A DNA stretch of 64,000 nt from Anaeramoeba ignava BMAN (Eukaryota > Protista > Anaeramoebae), in assembly GCA_028826165.1 (NCBI GenBank), contig JAPDFW010000144.1:1-64000 (forward strand). Direction: 5' to 3'. Position numbers and translations under genes: made by a program. Below, in pieces: positions 54,710 through 64,000 of this stretch. Numbering within the stretch: the stretch's first letter is position 1; every line of letters begins with the position of its first letter. The notes under the pieces were generated by a model. That model was not told the DNA's origin. It saw only the letters and a list, made by a program, of their open reading frames with translations, and made no database searches.

Positions 54710-56495
54710 TTTTTTCTTTTTCAAAATTTAAAATGAATTTTATCAATTTAAATTTAATCCAAATCCATTTAAATCAAATCAAATCAAAGTCAATTTAAAA
54801 TGAATTTTATCAATTTAAATCTAATCAAAATCAAAGTCAATTTAAATCTAATCCAAATTAATTTTCTTTTTTTTTGATTAAAATTTAAAATGAATTTTAT
54901 CAATTTAAATCTAATCCAAATCCAAATCAATTTAAATCAAATCAAATCAAAGTCAATTTAAAATGAATTTTATCAATTTAAATTTAATCCAAATCAATTT
55001 AAATCAAATCTAAAATTTTTTTTTTGATTAAAATTTGAAATGAATTTTATCAATTTAATCCAAATCAAAGTCAATTTAAATCCAAATCCAAATTAATTTT
55101 TTTTTCTTTTTAAAATTTAAAATGAATTTTATCAATTTAAATTTAATCCAAATCCAAATCAATTTAAATCAAATCTAAATTAATTTTCTTTTTTGATTAA
55201 AATTTAAAATGAATTTTATCAATTTAAATCTAATCTAAATCCAAATCAATTTAAATCAAATCCAAATTAATTTTCTTTTTTTTTTCAAAATTTAAAATGA
55301 ATTTTATCAATTTAAATTTAATCCAAATCAATTTAAATCAAATCCAAATTAATTTTCTTTTTTGATTAAAATTTAAAATGAATTTTATCAATTTAAATTT
55401 AATCCAAATCTAAATCAATTTAAATCTAATCCAAATCAAAGTCAATTTAAATCTAATCCAAATTAATTTTCTTTTTTGATTAAAATTTAAAATGAATTTT
55501 ATCAATTTAAATTTAATCCAAATCCAAATCAATTTAAATCAAATTTTAAATCAAATCTAAATTAATTTTTTTTTGATTAAAATTTAAAATGAATTTTATC
55601 AATTTAAATTTAATCCAAATCTAAATCAATTTAAATCAAATCTAAATTAATTTTCTTTTTTGATTAAAATTTAAAATGAATTTTATCAATTTAAATCTAA
55701 TCTAAATCCAAATCAATTTAAATCAAATCAAAGTCAATTTAAATCAAATCCAAATTAATTTTCTTTTTTTTTTCAAAATTTAAAATGAATTTTATCAATT
55801 TAAATTTAATCCAAATCAATTTAAATCAAATCAAATCCAAATTAATTTTCTTTTTTGATTAAAATTTAAAATGAATTTTATCAATTTAAATCTAATCCAA
55901 ATCAAAATCAATTTAAATCAAATCTAAATTAATTTTCTTTTTTGATTAAAATTTAAAATGAATTTTATCAATTTAAATCAAATCCAAATCAAATCAATTT
56001 AAATCAAATCTAAATTAATTTTTTTTTTTGATTAAAATTTAAAATGAATTTTATCAATTTAATCCAAATCTAAATCCAAATCAATTTAAATCAAATCAAT
56101 TTTATCAATTTAAATCTAATCCAAATCAATTTAAATCAAATCTAAATTAATTTTTGATTAAAATTTAAAATGAATTTTATCAATTTAAATTTAATCCAAA
56201 TCTAAATCAATTTAAATCAAATCTAAATTAATTTTCTTTTTTGATTAAAATTTAAAATGAATTTTATCAATTTAAATCAAATCCAAATCAAAGTCAATTC
56301 AAATCAAATCTAAATTAATTTTCTTTTTTGATTAAAATTTAAAATGAATTTTATCAATTTAAATCTAATCCAAATCAAAGTCAATTTAAATCCAAATCAA
56401 AGTCAATTTAAATCAAATCTAAATTAATTTTTTTTTGATCATTTTTTTTTGATCATTTTTTTCTTTTCAAAATTTAAAATGAATTTTATCAATTT
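54710..56495 (+). repeat. ~85-110 bp tandem array, about 20 units, each containing the start-codon region of the downstream CEP104-like gene
   Basis: AAAATTTAAAATGAATTTTATCAATTT recurs throughout, and the last copy is the real ATG at 56479. Confidence 0.9.
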
Positions 56496-58632
56496 TCAAA
56501 TTTTTTCAAAAGAAAATCAAGAAGATTTAAAAAATTATATTTTTCAAAATATTTCTAATTTTGGAACAAATTCAATTATGAATGGAAATGGATGGATTTC
56601 AAAACCTCAATCAAAATTTCCAAAAGAAATGATAATTTCATTTGGAAAAGAAATTTATTGTCAAAAGATTCAATTACTTTTTCATGAGAAATTAATTCCT
56701 AATTTATTAAAAATTTCTATTCAATCCAAAAATTCTCAATTTGAATTTCTTGGATTTGCAAAAACTCATGATAATCAAGAAAATAATTTTTTAGCAAGAG
56801 AATTAAGATCAATTTATATTGAAAAAAAATGTTTATCAATTTTAATTAGTTTTGAAGGATTTCATTCAAATATTTATAATTCAAAATCACAAGTAAAAAT
56901 TTAATTTATTAATCAAAAAAAAAATAATTAGGATAATTTTATTAATTTTTTTTAGATTGGAATTATAGTTATTAATGTTTATGGAAAAGAAATGGAAGAA
57001 TCATTTGAAGATTTAAATCAAAATCTAAATCAATTTAATCAAAATCCAAATCAAAATCTAAATCAATTTAATTCAAATTCAAATTCAAATCTTAATCAAT
57101 TTAATCAAAATTCAAATCTAAATCAATTTAAATCAAAAATTCAAATTCAAATCAAAATCAATTTAATCAAAAAATTCAATCAAAAATTCAAATTCAAATC
57201 TTAATCAATTTAATTCAAAATTCAAAAATCAAAATTTAATTCAAATTCAAATCTAAATCAATTTAATCAAAACTAAATCAAATCCTTTTAAATCAAAAAT
57301 GAAAATGAAAATGAAAAAAGAAAATAGAAAAGTAGAAAATAGAATTAAATCAAACAGACCAAAAATTGTAAACAAACTCCTTCAAGTTTTCCAAGAAAAA
57401 TGATATTCTTCAATTTATTTTCTAAAAATGGATAACAAGATCACAAGCTATCAAAGAAATCACACAAGAAATTTCAGAAGGAAATCAAAAATCATTAAAA
57501 TTCTAAATCAATTTGTTGAATTCAAAAAGTAAATCAAGTTTTTGAATCTTTAATTTTCTTTTCAAAATTTGTGGAAAATTATTTTCAATCAAAATCCAAA
57601 TCAAGAATCTAAATCAAATTAATTTGTGAAAAAATTCAAATCAAAATCTAAATCAATTTAATCAAAATTCAAATCTAAATCAATTTAATCAAAATCCAAA
57701 TCAAAATCAAAATCAATTTAAATTCAAATTCAAATCTAAATCAATTTAATCAAAATTCAAATCAAAATCAATTTCCTTTTAATGAAAATGAAAATGAAAA
57801 TGAAAATGAAGAAGTAGAAGAAGTAGAAGAAGTAGAATTAAATCAAACAGACCAAAAAATTGTAAACAAACTCCTTCAAGTTTTCCAAGAAAATGATATT
57901 CTTCCTTTATTTTCTAAAAAATGGATAACAAGATCACAAGCTATCAAAGAAATCACACAAGAAATTTCAGAAGGAAATCAAAAATTCCCATTAGAAATTC
58001 TTTCTCTTCTTTCTTCAAGATTGTTGAAAGAAAAAGTAAATCAAGTTTTTTTTGAATCTTTAATTTTCTTTTCAAAATTTGTGGAAAATTATTCTCAATC
58101 AAAATTTGTATTTTTTCAAGAATCAATCAAATTAATTTGTGAAAAACTTGGTGATTCAAATTCAAGAGTTAGTGTTTCATCAATTCAAACATTAATTTCT
58201 GTTTGTAATTTTATTGATAGAACAAATATTCTTAGAATTGCAATTGCTATTAATTTACCAGATCAAAAAACTCAAAGAAAACCTGGTTTATCACAAAAAC
58301 CTAAAACAAGATCAAGTTCAAAAAATGTTCAAAAAAATTCTTTTTTAGGAAAATTTTCTTGGAAACCAATTTTTGGACTTTTGAGGTTTATTCAAGAATT
58401 TATTATTAAATTTGGTATTGGAAAAGAATTTGAGTTGATAATGAAATGTGTTAGATTAGGATTATTAAATTCAAAAAGAGAAGTTAGGGAATTAGCTGTT
58501 TCTTTGTGTGGAATTATTTATAAATTAATTCCAATTACAAGTGAAAAACAAAAGGAAAAGAAATTATTTTCTTATTTAGGGAAAATTAATAATTTGCTTG
58601 TTAATCAAATCAAAGAAACATTTTCCAAATAG
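56479..58632 (+). CDS. CEP104: CEP104-like protein (N-terminal jelly-roll + TOG domain), middle region garbled or duplicated
   Basis: GW.S....FP.E, KIQLLFHEKLIP, DNQENNFLARELRSIYI and HSNIYNSKSQ|IGIIVINVYG match the CEP104 N-domain. The TOG part has LFSKKWITRSQA, EKVNQVF, EKLGDSNSRV and NSKREVRELA. Confidence 0.8.
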
Positions 58633-58639
58633 AATTTTT

Positions 58640-59462
58640 AAATTTCAAATCTAAATCAAATTTTAAATCAATTTTAAATCAAATTTAAATCAAATCTTAA
58701 ATCAAATTTTAAATCAAATTTTAAATCAAATTTTAAATCAAATTTTAAATCAATTTTAAATCAATTTTAAATCAAATTTTTAAATCAAATTTTAAATCAA
58801 ATTTTAAATCAAATTTTAATTAAATCAATTTTAAATTAAATTTAAATCAAATTTTAAATCAAATTTTAAATCAAATTTTAAAATCAAATCTTAAATCAAA
58901 TTTAAAATCAAATCTTAAATCAAATTTTAAATCAATTTTAAATCAAATTTTAAATCAAATTTTAAAATCAAATTTTAAATCAATTTTTAAATCAAATTTT
59001 AAATCAAATTTTAAATCAAATTTTAAATTAATTTTTAAATCAAATTTTAAAATCAAATTTTAAATCAAATCTTAAATCAATTTTAAATCAAATTTTAAAA
59101 TCAATTTTTAAATCAAATTTTAAATCAAATTTTAAATCAAATTTTTAAATCAAATTTAAATCAAATTTTAAATCAAATTTTAAATCAAATTTTAAATCAA
59201 ATTTTAAATCAAATTTTAAATCTTAAATCAATTTTAAATAAATTTTAAATCAAATTTCAAACAAATTTTAAATCAAATTTTTAAATCAAATTTAAATCAA
59301 TTTTAAATCAAATTTTTAAATCAAATTTAAATCAATTTTAAATCAAATTTTAAAATCAAATTTTAAATCAATTTTTAAAATCAAATTCAAATAAATTTTG
59401 TTGAATCTTTATTGATTCTGATTAAATTCTGATTAAATTCTGATTAAATTCTGATTAAATCT
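58640..59462. repeat. 12-bp minisatellite (TTTTAAATCAAA)n followed by about 5 copies of CTGATTAAATT
   Basis: Seen directly; it lies between two convergent genes. Confidence 0.9.
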
Positions 59463-59485
59463 GCTTTGAAATCAAATAAAAGAAA

Positions 59486-61252
59486 TCAAGAACTCAAATG
59501 TTGAATATAATAGATGCTACTATCATAGATATTTTGAGGACAATCACTTCCTTCTTGAGTTCTTAATTCCTGACTGCAATCAAACATATTAAACTGTTTA
59601 TCAAAACAAAAACCAATTTCATGAAGAATAATCTTATCACCCATACCACGACAATGTATAGTAGCAAGTTTTCCAGTAGCAGCACGAACAGCAATATCAA
59701 TAAGATGATAAGAATACGCGACAGAATCTGAAGGAACTATATTTGCATTAGCAAGAAAATCTCCGGCAGAAGTATAAGCTCGAAGAATAAGCGCATGTTG
59801 AAAGTAATTTTCCTCAGTCCCTAATTCAGATAATGCACATGTTCCGTGATTTACCCAATTTGTTGCCCAGAAATCTTCAGGATTCGCAAAATCCCAAAAA
59901 TCAGGCCATAATATTGATAATAATGTTTTGAATGTTGATATTTCAGTTTCGTTAAATGGATAACTTGGTGTGCAATTGACTGGTATGTTTGCATCTGTTC
60001 TTGGAACAAATGTGTGAATTGAAAATGTTTTATACCAATCAGGTACTGAACAGTTTGGTGCATTAACACAATCAGAAAGTGGCCACCTTTTTAATATTAA
60101 ATTTAAAATTAAATTAAATTAGATTAAATTAAATTAAATTGAATTAAATTAAATTGAATTAAATTATATTGAATTAAATTAAATTAAATTAAATTAAATT
60201 AAATTAAATTAAATTAAATTAAATTAAATTAAATTAAATTAAATTAAAATAAATTATTGAATTATTATAATAAATTAAATTGAATTAAATTGAAATAAAT
60301 TAAATTAAATTAAATTAAATTAATAAATTAAATTAAATTAAATTAAATTAAATTAAATTGAATTGAAATTATAATAAATTGAATTATTATAATAAATTGA
60401 ATTAAATTGAATTATTATAATAAATTAAATTGAATTGAAATAAATTAATACAATAAATTGAATTGAAATAAAATAAATTAAATTAAATTAATAAATTAAA
60501 TTAAATTGAACTAATAAAATAAATTAAATTGAATTGAACTAATAAAATAAATTAAATTAAATTGAATTATTGAATTAAATAAATTGAATTAAATTGAACT
60601 AATAAAATAAATTAAATTAAATTAAATTATTGAATTAAATTATTGAATTAAATTGAAATTAAATTAAAATAAATTAAATTAAATTAAATTAAATTGAATT
60701 AAATTGAATTAATAAATTAAATTAAATTAATAAATTAAATTAAATTAAATTAAATTAAATTAAAATAAATTAAAATAAATTAAAATAAATTAAAATTAAT
60801 AAATTAAATTGAATTAAATTAAATTAAATTAAATTAAATTAAATTAAAATAAATTAAATTAAATTAAATTAAATTAAAATAAATTGAATTGAATTAATAA
60901 ATTAAATTAAATTGAACTAAATTGAATTGAATTATTAAATTAAAATAAATTAAAATAAATTAAATTAAATTAAATTAAATTAAAATAAATTAAATTAGAT
61001 TAAATTGAATTAATAAATTAAATTGAATTAAATTAATAAAATAAATTAAATTAAATTGAATTAAATTGAATTATTGAATTAATAAATTAAAATTAAATTG
61101 AACTAATAAATTAAATTAAATTATCTCTGCATTTGGAAATAAAATTTATTATTGTTTTACATCATTTTAAAATGATAATAATCAAAAACATCTGCAGTTG
61201 ATCCAAAATTAAAAATTAAAAATAAAATAATTGAAAATAAAAGAATTTTCAT
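59486..61252 (-). CDS. Ribonuclease T2 family protein, 230 aa, 2 exons (61252-61161, 60086-59486), divergent active site
   Basis: Signal peptide, FDYYHFKM|MWP..C, CAS I FSIHTFVP, WPD, CAS II FWATNWVNHGTC, YF..AL, L..ANIVPS and LHEIGFCFDK. The splice junction AT|G keeps the frame. The gene is absent from the supplied ORF track. Confidence 0.92.
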
Positions 61253-61630
61253 TTGAATTTGCTTTTTAAAATTGTTTGTCAAAATGGAAAAATGAAAAAA
61301 AATTTTTTTTTTTTAAATTAAAAAAATTTATTTCTTTCATTTGATTATTTGACAATTTCTTATTTAGATTTTTATTTCTTGCATTCCAATGGAACAAAAT
61401 TTTATAATAAAAATATTTTTTTTAATTAAAAAAATAAATAGAAAATTTTGCTCATAAAAAATGCTTTATTTTTGAACTTAAAAAATGAAAAAAAAAAAAT
61501 TAAATTAAAAAAAAATTTTAATTAAAAAAATTCGTTAAAAAAATAAATTAAAATTTTAATTTAAACAATCCACTTTTTTTTTTCAAATTTATTTCTATTT
61601 TTTTTTAATAAAAATAATAATAAAAATCAA

Positions 61631-64000
61631 ATGGGAATAAAAGGTTTAACAAATCAAATTAAAGAAAAAGCACCAGAATCAGTTAGAGTTGAACAATTAA
61701 AGAATTATTTTGGAAGAATAATTGCAATAGATGCATCAACAGCAATTTATCAATTTTTAATAGCAGTAAGAACAGGAGAAGATGGAAATCAATTAAAAAA
61801 TCAAATGGGAGAAGTAACAAGTCATCTTCAAGGAATGTTTTATAGAACTATTAGATTAATTGTTAACGGAATCAAACCTGTTTATGTTTTTGATGGAAAA
61901 GCTCCTGAATTTAAATCAGAAGAACTTGCTAAAAGAAGAGAAAAAAGAGAAAAAGCTCAAGCTGATTTTGAAAAAGCAAAAGAAGCTGGTGATTCAATTT
62001 CATCTGCTAAATTTCAAAAAAGAACCGTTAGAGCTACAAAAGAACATGTTGAAGATTGCAAAAGACTTTTAAAATTAATGGGAATTCCATATATTGAAGG
62101 TATTTATTAAAATCAAAATGAAAATCAAAATCAAAATTAAAATCAAAATGAAAATCAAAATCAAAATCAAAATTAAAATCTAAATCAAAATTAAAATCTA
62201 AATCAAAATTAAAATCAAAATATAAATTAAAATCAAAATATAAATCAAAATCAAAATTAAAATCAAAATCAAAATCAAAATCTAAATCAAAATTAAAATC
62301 TAAATCAAAATTAAAATCAAAATATAAATTAAAATCAAAATATAAATCAAAATCAAAATTAAAATCAAAATATAAATCAAAATTAAAATTAAAATCAAAA
62401 TCAAAATCAAAATTAAAATTAAAATTAAAATCAAAATCAAAATCAAAATCAAAATTAAAATCAAAATCAAAATATAAATTAAAATCTAAATCAAAATCAA
62501 AATCTAAATCAAAATCTAAATCAAAATATAAATTAAAATCAAAATATAAATCAAAATTAAAATCAAAATTAAAATCAAAATCAAAATCAAAATCAAAATC
62601 AAAATCAAAATCAAAATCAAAATCAAAATCAAAATCAAAATCAAAATCAAAATCAAAATTAAAATCTAAATCAAAATCAAAATCAAAATTAAAATCAAAA
62701 TCAAAATCAAAATCAAAATCAAAATCAAATTTAAATCAAAATCAAAATCAAAATCAAAATCAAAATCAAAATCAAAATCAAAATCAAAATCAAAATCAAA
62801 ATCAAAATCAAAATCAAAATCAAAATCTAAATCAAAATCAAAATCAAAATCAAAATCAAAATCAAAATAAAAATTAAAATCTAAATCTAAATCAAAATCA
62901 AAATCAAAATTAAAATCAAAATCTAAATCAAAATCAAAATATAAATTAAAATCTAAATCTAAATCAAAATCAAAATATAAATTAAAATCAAAATTAAAAT
63001 CAAAATCAAAATCTAAATCAAAATTAAAATCAAAATATAAATCAAAATCTAAATTAAAATCAAAATCTAAATTAAAATCAAAATTAAAATTAAAATCAAA
63101 ATTAAAATTCAAATTCAAATTGAAATTCAAAATCAATATTAAAATTAAAATCAATATTAAAATCAAAATTATTTTTCTCTTGGAAATAAAAAGCACCATC
63201 TGAAGCAGAAGCACAATGTGCAGTATTATGCAAATCAAAAAAAGTATATGCAGTAGCATCAGAAGATATGGACACACTTACATTTGGATCACCACGAATG
63301 ATTAGAAACTTAACATCATCACAAGCAAAACAAAAGCAAATATTAGAATTTGATCTTGAGAAAGTATTGAAATCATTCAAATTAACAATGGATCAATTTA
63401 TTGATTTTTCAATTCTTTGTGGATGCGATTATACTGATACAATCGCAGGAGTTGGGAAATAAAAGAGCATTAGAATTAATCCAAAAACACAAAAATATTG
63501 AGAAAATTTTGAAGGCAATTGCTTCTCATAAAGCTTATAGAGTTTCTGAAAATTTCCGTTATGAAGAAGCTAGAAATTTATTTAAAAATCCACAAGTTAT
63601 TGATCCAAATGAAATCACTTTTAAATGGAGTGATCCTGATCCTCAAGGTTTGATTGAATATTTATGTAAAGAAAAAGGTTTTCAACAAGAAAGAATAGAA
63701 AAGGGAATTGAAAAATTACAAAAAGCTAGAAAGGAACCTGTTCAATCTCGTTTAGATTCTTTTTTTTCAATGAGAAATCAACAAAAACCACAAAATAATC
63801 AAAAACAAAATAATCAAAAACCAAAAATAATCAAAGAGAAAAAGAACAAAAAGAAAAAGAACAAAAAGAAAAAGAACAAAAAGAAAAAGAACAAAAAAAA
63901 GAACAAAGAGAAAAAGAAGAACAAGAAAAAGAACAAAAACAAAAAGAAAAAGAACAAAAACAAAAAGAAAAAGAACAAAAACAAAAAGAACAAAAAAAAG
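61631..64000 (+). CDS. FEN1: Flap endonuclease 1, 2 exons (61631-62099, 63194 to the window end); probable 1-nt insertion error near 63457
   Basis: [60 protein letters not shown] and the PIP box QSRLDSFF. Confidence 0.97.
62100..63193 (+). repeat. Microsatellite-filled 1.1 kb intron, (AAAATC/AAAATT)n
   Basis: Similar expanded introns occur at 17301-17812, 18738-19488, 31618-32478 and 60087-61160. Confidence 0.9.

Noticed and set aside
40046-61252. Functional linkage between the RNase T2 gene (the family can cleave tRNA anticodon loops) and the tRNA-half array
   Set aside because: They are about 13 kb apart with unrelated genes between them, and only proximity suggests a link.
1-64000. Inteins, transposons or a non-standard genetic code
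   Set aside because: I saw no Hint-domain, transposase or reverse-transcriptase motifs. TAA, TAG and TGA all terminate genes normally.

Overview
A roughly 80% AT eukaryotic (protist) genomic window. It uses the standard genetic code, has GT-AG spliceosomal introns, many N/Q-rich low-complexity tracts and microsatellite-filled introns and intergenic regions. The style resembles the anaerobic amoeba Anaeramoeba, but that is inference only. About 21 protein genes are present: TRRAP/Tra1 (3' part), an NAD(P)H:quinone dehydrogenase, AP-5 sigma, four paralogous small membrane proteins, a TMEM104-like transporter, an acid lipase, a small 2-TM protein, a TPR/U-box ligase, an ankyrin-FN3 protein, DDX6, DPP8/9, a Cys-rich surface protein, a membrane-tethered bZIP, a coiled-coil ORF, DMXL/Rav1, a CEP104-like protein, a divergent RNase T2 missed by the ORF track, and FEN1. 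There is also one tRNA-Val(TAC). Three signals stand out. (1) A 6 kb array holds 17 near-invariant 5' tRNA-Val halves, each ending at the canonical 37/38 position in the anticodon loop, directly upstream of the intact tRNA. (2) Five single-codon (3-nt) microexons occur in one ankyrin gene, including two consecutive pairs. (3) Intergenic tandem arrays repeatedly copy the terminus of the neighbouring gene. Several frameshifts fall in homopolymer runs and are probably sequencing errors. All calls were read by eye, without database searches.
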